Source: an uncultured Actinomycetes bacterium
GTDB lineage: Bacteria; Actinomycetota; Thermoleophilia; UBA2241
Length of the DNA stretch: 64,000 bases
Assembly (NCBI GenBank): GCA_963733255.1
Contig: CAVTCH010000007.1
Span: 2,347-66,346 of the forward strand
Reading direction: 5' to 3'
Below the pieces are notes generated by a model. That model ran no database searches, was not told the origin of the DNA, and saw only the letters and a program-made list of their open reading frames with translations. Shown one piece after another: positions 49,331 through 58,830 of the stretch. Made by a program: the position numbers and the translations under genes. Within the stretch, counting starts at the first letter, position 1. Each line of letters opens with the position of its first letter.

Positions 49331-50422
49331 TCAGGCCAAAACCGGTCGGGGATGCTGTTTACCCGCGCGGCGAACCTGGCCGCCGAACCTGGCCGCGATG
49401 GTCGCCACGAGCTCGAGCAGCTCGGTCTGTCCCGGCGTGACCGGCGGGCCGGCCACGAGGGTGACTTCGAGGCCGGCGCACTGGTCGCACGCCACGTAGG
49501 CCAGGCGGTCGTCACCTCGCGACCCAGCAAGATGGTCGGCGGCAACGGCGGCGCCGAGGACCCGACCCCGCTGGGCGATCACGCACGAATGGGCTTCGAA
49601 GGCGGCGCGCACGGCCTCGCAGAGGGCCGGCATCGCCTGTTCCGGGGGGCCGGCCGGGCCGGCAAGCTCCTCTGTGAGCCTGCGCAACCTCTCGCGCAGC
49701 AGGGCCGTCCCGGCTTCGGCGACGCGCACCGAGCCGAACAGGCGGGCGTTGTGGAGGGCCACCGCGGCTTGACCGGCCAGCGCCCGGCAGAGACGCAGCT
49801 CCTGCGCCGTGTAGCGTCGCGACTGCGCCCGGTCGCAGGCCTCGAGCAAGCCGATCGTGTCACCCTGAAAGACGAGGGGCAGCATGAGCACGCTCTTCTC
49901 GCCGTAGCGGCGCATGAGCGCTACCTCGGCGGCGTCGGCGCCGCGCTCGTCGACGTTCACCGTCATCGCCGTCTGGCCGTCGAGCACGCGCCTCGTCGCC
50001 GGAAAGTCGCTGAGGTCGAAGACGCCCGCCGTCGACCAGCGTCGGCCGTTGGCGTCGTACTCGGCCAGCACGCGGACCGCCTGCTGGTCGGGCAGGTACT
50101 CCATGATCTCACAGGTGTGACAGCGACAGAGCGCCGTCACGTGCCGGGCGATCTCGGCCAGGAGCTCTGTCTGGTCGAGCCGCGAAGCGACGTCGAGGCA
50201 GGCCTGCACCAGCGTCTCCAGCTCGCGCTCGCGAGCGCGCCGCGCTTCGAGGTGGCTGCTGCCGCCGATGGCGCGCGCCAGCTCCGCGACGTCGTCGCTC
50301 TCGATGCGGCGGTGGCCGCCGGCGGTGCGCACGCAGGGCAGAAAGCCCGACGCCGTCCAGCGCCGCACCGTGGCCGGTGAGACGCCGAGCGTACGGGCCG
50401 CCTTGCCTAAGCTCAGGTACAC
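49331..50422 (-). CDS. MerR-type HTH (excisionase-family DNA-binding) plus GAF-domain transcriptional regulator
   Basis: The N-terminus LSLGKAARTLGVSPATVRRWTASGFLPCVRTAGGHRRI is a MerR/Xis-like HTH. A GAF-like sensor follows (LDVASRLDQTELLAEIARHVTALCRCHTCEIMEY...). Confidence 0.65.
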   Translation of the reverse strand: MYLSLGKAARTLGVSPATVRRWTASGFLPCVRTAGGHRRIESDDVAELARAIGGSSHLEARRARERELETLVQACLDVASRLDQTELLAEIARHVTALCRCHTCEIMEYLPDQQAVRVLAEYDANGRRWSTAGVFDLSDFPATRRVLDGQTAMTVNVDERGADAAEVALMRRYGEKSVLMLPLVFQGDTIGLLEACDRAQSRRYTAQELRLCRALAGQAAVALHNARLFGSVRVAEAGTALLRERLRRLTEELAGPAGPPEQAMPALCEAVRAAFEAHSCVIAQRGRVLGAAVAADHLAGSRGDDRLAYVACDQCAGLEVTLVAGPPVTPGQTELLELVATIAARFGGQVRRAGKQHPRPVLA

Positions 50423-50650
50423 GGCAGGCCTGCGATCGAGCCCTCCACCGGCACAGGGAACGCCGCGCCGGCGCCGGACGGCAGGACCCTCTGAGTGAAA
50501 GGATTGGCAGGTTTTTCTGTCATGGGCTGAGAGGTTTCTCCTGTTTTACGTGGTTGGCCGCAGACTCGATATCGTGTTGGATTGGGTCGGTCGAGCGACA
50601 GTTTACGCTACGGCTGCGCGAGATTCTCCAGGGTCGATCAAGGGGGGCAC

Positions 50651-52075
50651 ATGGCGGGGGGCAGGCTTTCGTATCTCAGCGCGGCGGAGCGCGAGTTCAT
50701 TCACGAGCAGACGGCGCGGGTGCTGGCCGACGTGGGCATCGGCTACAACAGCCCGGCGGCCATCGAGCTGCTCGCCGAGGCCGGAGCCGAAGTCGATCGC
50801 GAGCTCCTGCGAGCCAAGTTGCCGTGGGAGCTCGTCGAGCGCTGCCTGTCGAGCTGTCCGCGACAGATCAGGCTGGCCGGCCGCGACCCCCGTCACGACG
50901 TCGTGCTGGGCGACGGTTCGCTGCTGTTCTGCAGCGACGGCACGGGCACCTTCATGCTCGACGACGTGACCGGGCGGCGCACCGAAGGCACCGCCGCCGA
51001 CATGCGTCAGACCATGCGACTGCTCGACGCCCTGCCCGAAGTCGACTATATGTGGCCGCCGATCTCGGCGCGCGATCTCGACCCGCTCACGGCGGGCCTC
51101 GAGATCGAGTCCATCGCGCTGCAGAGCTGCAGCAAGCATCTGCAGGACGAGGTCAGAGAGGTGGCCCACGTCGCGCCGCTGCTGGAGATCTTCGAGGCGG
51201 TGGCCGGCGGCTCGCTGTGGAAGCGGCCGATCTTCAGCACCATCAACTGCACGATCGCGCCCCTCATGCACGAGCGCGAGATGACCGAAGCGACCATGGC
51301 GCTGGTCAAGGCCGGAGTACCGGTGCTGATCCTGCCCATGCCGCTCACGGGCACGACCGGGCCGATGACGGTGCTCGGAAGCTGCGTCATCAACATGGCC
51401 GAGCTGCTGTCGGCGGTCGTTCTGTTCCAGCTCGCCCAGCCGGGCAGCGGCATGATCGGCGGCATCGGCGCGGCGGTCGCCGACCTGCGCAACGGGGCCT
51501 ACCTCTGTGGCGCGCCCGAGGTGGGCCTGGCCAACGTCATCTGCATCGAGATGTGCCGCCACTATGGCCTGCCGGTCACCGGCAGCGCCGTGACGAGCGA
51601 CGCCAAGGCCAGCAACTACCAGGCCGGCGCCGAGGGCATGTTCACCGCCCTCTCCGAAGCGCTGGCCGGCGCCGACAGCCTGCTGGCCTTCGGCCTCATG
51701 GACGGCGCCGAGACCGTCAGCCTGGCCAAGATCATGCTCGACCGCGATCTCGTGGGCATGGTCGAACGGTTCCTGCGCCCGGGCCGCATCGACGAGACCA
51801 CGGCGTTGATCGACGACATCGAGGCCGTGGGCATAGGCGGTCACTACCTCGGGCGCAAGAGCACCCGTCGGTTCAACCGGGCCGGCGAGATCTGGTGGCC
51901 CGGGGTGTTCCAGCGCGACGGCTGGGAGAGCTACGAAGGGCGCTCGCTCGTGAGCGACGCGGCCGAGCGGGCCCATGAGCTGCTGGCCTCGCACGAGGTG
52001 CCGCCGCTGCCCGACGACCTGCAGAAGCATATCGACACGGTGATCGCCGGCTACCGCTCGGCGGTGGCCGGCTGA
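50651..52075 (+). CDS. MttB-superfamily (trimethylamine / glycine-betaine-type) corrinoid-dependent methyltransferase
   Basis: About 475 aa, TIM-barrel MttB family (COG5598-like). The ATG at 50651 follows AAGGGGGG. There is no in-frame amber codon, so it is a non-pyrrolysine member. Confidence 0.75.
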   Translation: MAGGRLSYLSAAEREFIHEQTARVLADVGIGYNSPAAIELLAEAGAEVDRELLRAKLPWELVERCLSSCPRQIRLAGRDPRHDVVLGDGSLLFCSDGTGTFMLDDVTGRRTEGTAADMRQTMRLLDALPEVDYMWPPISARDLDPLTAGLEIESIALQSCSKHLQDEVREVAHVAPLLEIFEAVAGGSLWKRPIFSTINCTIAPLMHEREMTEATMALVKAGVPVLILPMPLTGTTGPMTVLGSCVINMAELLSAVVLFQLAQPGSGMIGGIGAAVADLRNGAYLCGAPEVGLANVICIEMCRHYGLPVTGSAVTSDAKASNYQAGAEGMFTALSEALAGADSLLAFGLMDGAETVSLAKIMLDRDLVGMVERFLRPGRIDETTALIDDIEAVGIGGHYLGRKSTRRFNRAGEIWWPGVFQRDGWESYEGRSLVSDAAERAHELLASHEVPPLPDDLQKHIDTVIAGYRSAVAG

Positions 52076-52116
52076 CGAGGCGCCGCCGCGGCTACCGCCC
52101 GCCGGTGGTGGTCGCC

Positions 52117-52287
52117 TTAGGCGCCGCCGCCCGTGCTCGCCGGCGCGATCGCGGCCACGCCGCAGCGCCGGCAGGCTGCGAGCAGCGCCCCCGTGTAGGT
52201 CTCCAGCGAATCGACCACGGTGCCGTCGAAGTCGAGCATGACGAGGTCGCGCGGCGGCAGGTCCTGCCGTGTGGGCCGGTGGTCCAT
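52117..52287 (-). pseudogene. HAD-hydrolase N-terminal fragment (56 codons, motif I only)
   Basis: MDHRPTRQDLPPRDLVMLDFDGTVVDSLETYTGALLAACRRCGVAAIAPASTGGGA* carries the DxDGT motif I and then terminates. It is below the ORF-track length cutoff. Confidence 0.3.
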
Positions 52288-52454
52288 GAGACCAGCGTAG
52301 CACGGCCGTCGGAACGCACCCGGAACGCACGCGGGACCCGCGCCGGGCCGCGCCCGGGACGCGGCGCCCGCGGATGAAGAGTACAGTCAGGTAGACTGCG
52401 GTCAGACTTCGGGGATTGGCCGGCCTCGTTGCGAGGAACATAGAAGGCGAACCG

Positions 52455-52511
52455 ATGAAACCGATGGTCCAGATGACTATCCACGACCCTTTGAGCGGAG
52501 ACCAGACGTGA
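52455..52511 (+). CDS. Candidate 18-codon upstream ORF ([18 protein letters not shown]) whose TGA overlaps the ftsH GTG start (GTGA)
   Basis: The ATG at 52455 is preceded by GAAGG at a 7-nt spacing. The stop at 52509-52511 overlaps the ftsH GTG at 52508-52510. Confidence 0.3.
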   Translation: MKPMVQMTIHDPLSGDQT

Positions 52512-54459
52512 GCAGATTCAGACGCTTCATCGTCCCACTGCTGATAGTGATCGTCGTGATGGCCGCCTTCCAGGCGATGCGCAGTGGCCGTAGCAGCAAC
52601 AGCGTCACCCACTACTACCAGGGCGGCAGCCAGAGCTTCGTGAGCCAGTTGAACAGCGGCGACGTCCAGTCCGTGGCCGTCAATACCACGGCCCAGACGA
52701 TCCAGGTCCAGCCCACGAGCGGCAACGGCTCGGCCTACACGATCACCTACCCCGACGCCACGCTTCTCGCCCAGCTTCTGGCCAAGCACCCCGAGGTCTC
52801 GGTCACGGCCAAGAGCGGCGGCTCGTCGTGGAGCAGCCTGCTCATCTATCTGCTGCCGGTGGTCCTCATCATCGGCTTCATGATGTTCATGATGCGCCGC
52901 ATGCAGGGCGGCGGCTCCAAGGTGATGGGCTTCGGCAAGAGTCGCGCCAAGCAGGTGAGTGTCGACGCGCCCAAGGTCACCTTCAAAGACGTGGCCGGCA
53001 TCGACGAGACCGTCGAGGAGCTCGAAGAGATCAAGGAGTTCCTCGAGAACCCCAAGAAGTTCCAGCAGCTGGGCGCACGCATCCCCAAGGGCGTCTTGTT
53101 GTTCGGTCCTCCCGGCACCGGCAAGACGCTGCTGGCGCGGGCCGTGGCCGGCGAGGCCGGGGTGCCGTTCTTTTCGATCTCGGGCTCCGACTTCGTCGAG
53201 ATGTTCGTGGGCGTGGGCGCGAGCCGCGTGCGCGACCTGTTCGCCCAGGCCAAGCAGAACAGCCCCTGCATCATCTTCATGGACGAGATCGACGCCGTCG
53301 GGCGCCATAGGGGAGCCGGTTACGGTGGCGGCAACGACGAGCGCGAGCAGACCTTGAACCAGCTCTTAGTCGAGATGGACGGCTTCGAGATGAAGGACAA
53401 CATCATCCTGATCGCCGCCACCAACCGCCCCGACATCTTAGACCCCGCCCTGCTGCGCCCGGGCCGCTTCGACCGCCAGATCGTGGTCGACCGCCCCGAC
53501 CGCCAGGGCCGCGAGGCCATCCTCGCGGTGCACACCCGCGGCAAGCCGATCGCCAAGCACATCGACTTGGACACCCTGGCCGCCCAGACCCCGGGATTTA
53601 CCGGCGCCGACCTGGCCAACCTGGTAAACGAAGCGGCCCTGCTGGCCGCCCGCCACGGCAAGAAGATCATCGACATGCCGGAGTTGGAAGAGGGCATCAT
53701 GCGCGTTTTGGCCGGCCCCGAAAAGAAGGGCCGCCTGCTCTCAGACAAGGAGCGCACGATCACCGCCTACCACGAGATGGGCCACGCCCTGGTGGGCCAC
53801 TTCTTAACCCACACAGACCCGGTGCACAAGATCTCGATCGTCTCCCGCGGGGCCGCCCTGGGCTACACCATCTCGCTGCCGGCCGAAGACAAGTTCTTAA
53901 CCACCATGGCCGAGTTAAACGACAGCCTGGCGATGACCTTAGGCGGCCGCGCCGCCGAGGAGATCCAGTTCGGCGAGATCACGACCGGCGCCGCCAACGA
54001 CCTGGAGAAGGCCACCGACACCGCCAAGCAGATGATCATGCGCTGGGGCATGAGCGCCAAGCTCGGCGCCCGCACCCTGGGTCACAACCAGGCGATGCCG
54101 TTTCTGGGCCGCGACTTCTCGCAGGAGCCCGACTACTCAGAAGAGGTGGCGCGCGCCATCGACGACGAGATCCGGCGCATCATCGAAGAGGCCCACGACC
54201 GCGCCCGGGCGGTGCTGGCCGCCCACCGCGAGGCCTCGACTCGACCGCCCAGATCTTAGTCGAGCGCGAGACCATCGAGCGCGGTGAGTTCGAGGCCCTG
54301 CTGGCCGGCACGCCGCCGGCCGAGGTCTTCCGCGACAAGGACGAGCGCGCCCGCCAGCGCAGCCAGGGCGAGGACGGCGAGGGCGAGGGCGAGAAGCGCT
54401 CGCCGGCTCAGCACAAGCCGAGGGTAGGACCTCCGCTGCCGGCCGACTCACCCTCGTGA
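52508..54459 (+). CDS. ftsH: ATP-dependent zinc metalloprotease FtsH; the C-terminal 66 codons are in another frame (apparent -1 frameshift near 54233)
   Basis: Walker A GPPGTGKT, the SRH region, and the zinc motif [13 protein letters not shown] 52508-54259 ends ...[11 protein letters not shown], but the +1 frame continues [25 protein letters not shown]...* to 54459, matching the usual FtsH C-terminus. The ORF track reports it only to 54259. Confidence 0.85.
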
Positions 54460-54469
54460 TCTGAAAGGG

Positions 54470-55096
54470 TCAGTCGTGCGGGACGCGGCCGGCGTTCGGC
54501 GTCATGAGCCAGGTCCCGAGCGAGACCGCGCCGACGAAGCAGAGGAGCAGCCCGACCGCGAGCCACTCGAGCCAGTGGCGCCGGGCCACGATGGAGACCA
54601 CATCGACCGCGCAGACGGCGAAGGCGAGATAGGTGATCTTCTGCGGCAGGTCGGGGTGCCACACCGGCGCCCAGCCGATGAACCAGACGGCCGTCGCCAA
54701 AGCGATGAACAGCACGGTCGCCCACAGCGCGTGGGCCGCGTAGTCGTTCTCGGAGAAGATGCCCGTCATGATCAGCGCGCCGGCGGCCACCAGCCCGCTG
54801 AACTGGCCGACCACGACCAGCAGCTTCAGGGCGATGTGCTGGCCTCGGGCCCAGGCCCGCAGGCCCACGAAGAAGGCCGCCAGCACGGCGCCGACGGCGA
54901 CCATGTCGAGGCGGAAGTAGATGGAGCCCCGGGGGCTGAGCAGAGTGTTGCCAAGGTCGCTGATCCAGTTGGCGGCCGGGCTGAAGGCCCACGGGTAGTA
55001 GGAGTAGGCCACGATCGCGAGGGTGACGGAGACGACGATCGCGGCAAGCCCGGCGATCGTGGCCAGCGGGGGTCGTCTCTTGAGCGTGGTCTTCAC
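54470..55096 (-). CDS. DUF998-family polytopic membrane protein
   Basis: MKTTLKRRPPLATIAGLAAIVVSVTLAIVAYSYYPW...NWISDLGN...: six TM segments with a DUF998-like pattern. The family assignment is tentative. Confidence 0.5.
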   Translation of the reverse strand: MKTTLKRRPPLATIAGLAAIVVSVTLAIVAYSYYPWAFSPAANWISDLGNTLLSPRGSIYFRLDMVAVGAVLAAFFVGLRAWARGQHIALKLLVVVGQFSGLVAAGALIMTGIFSENDYAAHALWATVLFIALATAVWFIGWAPVWHPDLPQKITYLAFAVCAVDVVSIVARRHWLEWLAVGLLLCFVGAVSLGTWLMTPNAGRVPHD

Positions 55097-55412
55097 CCCC
55101 TGTGAGCCGCCGACTGCGCTCGTCGCACCGGGCGGCCCGCCATAGTGCGTTCACGGTCTCGTCAGACGGTATCGAGCAGGGCGGTCGCGGTCAAATGTGC
55201 CGGCGAGCCTGAGGGCCGGTGCGGCGGGTTAAGCGTTTGTTAAGTGCTCCGCGAAGGTCGAGTGAGTGTGTCCGGACGTTCCAGCGGAGACACTGTCCCT
55301 ACGTGTCGCGGCACAACCCGGGCAGCGCTGGCCGTCCGCTTGCCATAGGATGTGGCAACACGTGTCCGGCACGGTTTCGTGCTTTCGTCCTTGAAGGAGG
55401 CGGATCGCCGCA

Positions 55413-55706
55413 GTGAGCATTGTCATCCTGTTCCTCTATGTCGTTGTCGTCGTCGCAGCCTTCTACCTCCTTGCGATACGCCCCCAGCGCCGCAGGCGCC
55501 AGGCTCAGCAGGAGCTCATCTCGACCGTCAAGAAGGGCGACGATATCGTCACGCGCGACGGCTTGTGCGGTACCGTCCGCCGGGTGGGCGACGACTTCGT
55601 CGTCGTCGAGATCGCCGAGCGCAAGACGGCGCGCTTTCTCAAGACGTCCGTCACGGCGGTGGTCCCCAAGGGTCGCCCGGCCAAGCCCCGCCCCACGAAG
55701 CGCTAG
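55413..55706 (+). CDS. yajC: Preprotein translocase subunit YajC
   Basis: MSIVILFLYVVVVVAAFYLLAIRPQRRRRQAQQELISTVKKGDDIVTRDGLCGTVRRVGDDFVVVEI is the canonical YajC: a single TM, RPQ(R/K)K, and the ...GD.V.T.GG..G.V... motif. Confidence 0.75.
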   Translation: MSIVILFLYVVVVVAAFYLLAIRPQRRRRQAQQELISTVKKGDDIVTRDGLCGTVRRVGDDFVVVEIAERKTARFLKTSVTAVVPKGRPAKPRPTKR

Positions 55707-55897
55707 CGCCGACGGTCGCGAGGCCCCGCCCGGCTACCCGCTGGCGCCGATGGCCCCGCAGCTCCGCCCGGCTACCCGCTAGCGCCGGAGCGTCTGCCGG
55801 CCGCGGCGTCGGGTCCGGGCTCCGGCGCCTTCGTGGTGCGGGTCGGACCGGTTCGTCTCGCCGTCCGCTTTTCGATAGCCTTGCTTCAAGGATCGTC

Positions 55898-57343
55898 GTG
55901 CGGAAGGTCGGACACAGCTCGAAGAGACGGCGGCTGGCGCGCCAGCTGCGGCTCTTCCCGCGCCAGTTCTGGCTGCTCTCCGGCGGCACCTTCTTCTACC
56001 TGCTGGCCATCGGCCTGGCGTTCCCGTACACGGCCATCCTCATCAAGGAGCGCCTGGGCGTCTCCATGGCGGTCGTGGGCGTCATCATGGGCGGCACGGC
56101 GCTGGCCGGCCTGCCGCTGCAACCCCTGGCGGGCAGTCTGAGCGACCGTTTCGGGCGGCGGGCGGTCCTCATCGTCTGCTGCTGTTGCTCCGGGGTCATG
56201 TACGGCGGTCTTGCGTTCGCGCACGGGTTCTGGCCGATCTGTCTCGCCGTGTTCTGCGATCGCGCCCTGGGCTGGCCGCTCTTTCTGACATCCAGCAACG
56301 CCATGGTCGCGGACCTGGTGCGAACCCGGCTGCGTCCCGAAGGCTACAGCCTCGTGCGCCTGATGATCGGCGCCGGCGAGATCGTCGGACCGCTGATCGC
56401 GGCTGTCCTGCTGGCTGCCGGCTGCGGGCTTTCGCTGCTGTTCCTGCTGGCCGGCGCCGGCTGCTTCATTTTTCTCATCTTCGTCGTCGCCGAGCTGCAC
56501 GAGACGCGGCCCAGGCTGGCCCGCCACGTGCGCTCGACGGCGGTGAGCGAAGGTCCCCCCGTCTACGGCATGCGCGACGTGATCCGCATTCCCAGCCGGC
56601 GCCGCTCGCGCCGCCGGCGCGCCCGCCACACGGCGCCGCGAGGCTACGGCGCCGTGCTCGCCGACCGGCGCTTCGTCGCCTTCTGTGCGGTCTCGCTGCT
56701 GCCGCTCTTCATCTTCGGCCAGATGTATTCGACCTTCCCTGTGCTGCTGACCGGCTATCTGCGGGTCAGGCCCGCCGCCTGGGGGCTGCTCATGTCCTAC
56801 AGCGCGCTCGTCATCGTCGTGACCCAGTATCCGGTCGTGCGGGCCGTCAGGCGCTTCGACCCGATGTATCAGGTGGCGCTGGCGAGCCTGCTCTTCGGCT
56901 GTGGGGTCGGTCTCACGGCCTTCGTGCCGGCGAGCTGGCCGCTGCTCGTGACGATCGCCTCGCTCTCGATCGCCCAGGCGCTCTTCGGGCCGGTGACGTC
57001 GGCGATCGTCGCGAAGCTGGCTCCCCTCGACATCCGCGGCCGCTACATGGGCGCCTGGACGCTGGTCTGGCAAGGCGGTCAGGGGTCGCTCGGACCGATC
57101 TTCGGAGGCCTGCTGCTGGCAAGTCTGGGGCCGCACGTCACCTACGGCGCCATCGTCGTCATGGGCCTCGCCGGCGCCTGCCTGTACCCGACGCTGCGGG
57201 TCCGCCGCACGACCGCCGTCGCGGCGGCCGGCGCCGATGTGACCGGGTCGCGGCGCCGGCACGACGTCGCGGAGGGGCCGGGCCGGCTTCGCAACGAAGC
57301 CCGGCCGGAGGAACCCGTCGCCTCCCGGCGAACAGGCAGGTGA
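55898..57343 (+). CDS. MFS transporter (paralog of 39720-41006) with an Arg-rich insertion in the central loop
   Basis: The GTG at 55898 follows AAGGA. It shares the FPRQFWLL...MFS motif GSLSDRFGRRAVLI with the other MFS gene, plus an extra loop IRIPSRRRSRRRRARHTAPRG. The ORF track starts far upstream (55352). Confidence 0.8.
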   Translation: MRKVGHSSKRRRLARQLRLFPRQFWLLSGGTFFYLLAIGLAFPYTAILIKERLGVSMAVVGVIMGGTALAGLPLQPLAGSLSDRFGRRAVLIVCCCCSGVMYGGLAFAHGFWPICLAVFCDRALGWPLFLTSSNAMVADLVRTRLRPEGYSLVRLMIGAGEIVGPLIAAVLLAAGCGLSLLFLLAGAGCFIFLIFVVAELHETRPRLARHVRSTAVSEGPPVYGMRDVIRIPSRRRSRRRRARHTAPRGYGAVLADRRFVAFCAVSLLPLFIFGQMYSTFPVLLTGYLRVRPAAWGLLMSYSALVIVVTQYPVVRAVRRFDPMYQVALASLLFGCGVGLTAFVPASWPLLVTIASLSIAQALFGPVTSAIVAKLAPLDIRGRYMGAWTLVWQGGQGSLGPIFGGLLLASLGPHVTYGAIVVMGLAGACLYPTLRVRRTTAVAAAGADVTGSRRRHDVAEGPGRLRNEARPEEPVASRRTGR

Positions 57344-57475
57344 CCCGGCCGTGACGGCCGGGCTTGCCCGGGTCGCGCGGCCGTGTCTTCGAACTGGCTG
57401 GCCGACCGGCGACCGGGCAGGGGCGGCAGGTCATGCCCGCGTGCCTCGGCGGCGAGAAACGACTTGGAGTATGCG

Positions 57476-57934
57476 ATGAGCGCGACCGATTCCTGGGACT
57501 GGGCGCGAAGCAGGCTGGGTACGGCCCTGGCCCGGGCTTCGGGCAGAGACGACGACGCTCGCCGCGTCTGGGACGACGAGGAGCTCGAGCTCGACGAGAC
57601 CGGCTACGCCGACGACGGGCCCGGCGAGCCCAGGCTCTCGCTCGTCTCGCCGGCGCGCGCCGAGCTTGCCGTCGTGGCCGTCGCGACCTTCGACGACGCC
57701 CAGGCCATAGCCGATGCCTTCCGCCGCGACAAGCCCGTGGTGGTCGACCTGCAGCACTGCGAGCACGAGGTCGCCCGGCGCGTGGTCGACTTCTGCAGCG
57801 GCCTCACCTACGCCCGCGACGGCGGCCTGCGGGCCGTGGCCGAGAAGGTGTTCCTGCTCGCGCCGGCCCACGTCGAGCTCTCGGGAGACGAGCGGCGCGG
57901 CTTGTCGGGCAGCGACTTCTTCAACCAGGCCTAG
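57476..57934 (+). CDS. sepF: Cell division protein SepF
   Basis: C-terminal SepF domain AELAVVAVATFDDAQAIADAFRRDKPVVVDLQHCEHEVARRVVDFCSGLTYARDGGLRAVAEKVFLLAP. The ATG at 57476 follows GGAG. Confidence 0.75.
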   Translation: MSATDSWDWARSRLGTALARASGRDDDARRVWDDEELELDETGYADDGPGEPRLSLVSPARAELAVVAVATFDDAQAIADAFRRDKPVVVDLQHCEHEVARRVVDFCSGLTYARDGGLRAVAEKVFLLAPAHVELSGDERRGLSGSDFFNQA

Positions 57935-57952
57935 CATGGGCGAGACCGCGGC

Positions 57953-58765
57953 GTGAACGCGTCGCCTTTGCGCGGCGACCTGCCCGACGAGCTCCACGCG
58001 CTGGCCGTCGAGCTTGCTCGTGAGGCCAGTCGCGTTCATCTCGACGGACTCGCCGGTGCGCTCGAAGTGGCGACCAAGTCGGCGCCGAACGATTTCGTGA
58101 GCGACGTCGACCGGCGTGCCGAGGCCCGGATCGTCTCCCTGATCGCCGCCGCGCGCCCCGACGACGCCGTCCTTGCCGAGGAGGGCACGGTCCATGCGGG
58201 CGGCAGCGGACTGCGCTGGGTCGTCGATCCTCTCGACGGCACGACGAACTACGTCTACGGCTACCCCGCGTTCTGCAGCTCGATCGCCGTCGACCGGGGC
58301 GGGGAGACCATCGCGGCGGCCGTGAGCGAGTCTCTGACCGGGGATGTGTTCTCCGCCGTACGCGGCAAGGGCGCCTGGTGCGACGACCGGCCGCTCCGCG
58401 TCCGTCCGCCGGTCGCGCTGTCGGCGGCGCTGGTGGCGACCGGCTTCTCCTATGATGCCGGTCAGCGCCGACGCCAGGGTCGGGTGATGGCGCACCTGCT
58501 CGAGCGCGTTGGCGACATCCGGCGGGGCGGTTCGGCGGCCCTCGACCTCTGCCGCCTGGCGGCCGGACAGGTCGACGCGTACTTCGAGCTCGATCTCTCT
58601 CCCTGGGACTACGCCGGTGGGCGCCTCATCGCGCAGGAGGCCGGCGCAAAGGTCCTCGAGCTGCCGGCGGCACACGGCAAGGGACCGGCGATCGTGGCCG
58701 CCGGCCCCGCGATGATCGAGCCGTTCGTCGAGCTGCTGCGCGAGGCTGGAGCGCTGCTCGCCTGA
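57953..58765 (+). CDS. Inositol monophosphatase family protein (SuhB/ImpA/HisN-like)
   Basis: Motifs EEG (LAEEGTVHAG), WVVDPLDGTTNYVYG and GSAALDL. Confidence 0.85.
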   Translation: MNASPLRGDLPDELHALAVELAREASRVHLDGLAGALEVATKSAPNDFVSDVDRRAEARIVSLIAAARPDDAVLAEEGTVHAGGSGLRWVVDPLDGTTNYVYGYPAFCSSIAVDRGGETIAAAVSESLTGDVFSAVRGKGAWCDDRPLRVRPPVALSAALVATGFSYDAGQRRRQGRVMAHLLERVGDIRRGGSAALDLCRLAAGQVDAYFELDLSPWDYAGGRLIAQEAGAKVLELPAAHGKGPAIVAAGPAMIEPFVELLREAGALLA

Positions 58766-58830
58766 GCTCTCGCCCGGCGGGGCGGTCGCTGTCTATCGCG
58801 GCCGGGGGTCCCGGCGACGGTCCCTAAGGA

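Noticed and set aside
50423-50650. TPP riboswitch-like CTGAGAG box upstream of the MttB gene
   Set aside because: Only the short CUGAGA element is present. The pyrimidine-sensing ACCUGAUCUGGAUAAUGCCAGCG-type core and the surrounding P2/P3 helices are absent, so it is most likely a chance match in a divergent promoter.
50603-53308. 901-aa minus-strand ORF opposite the MttB and ftsH genes
   Set aside because: It is an antisense GC artefact. The plus-strand frames contain the conserved MttB and FtsH (Walker A/B, HEMGH) motifs.
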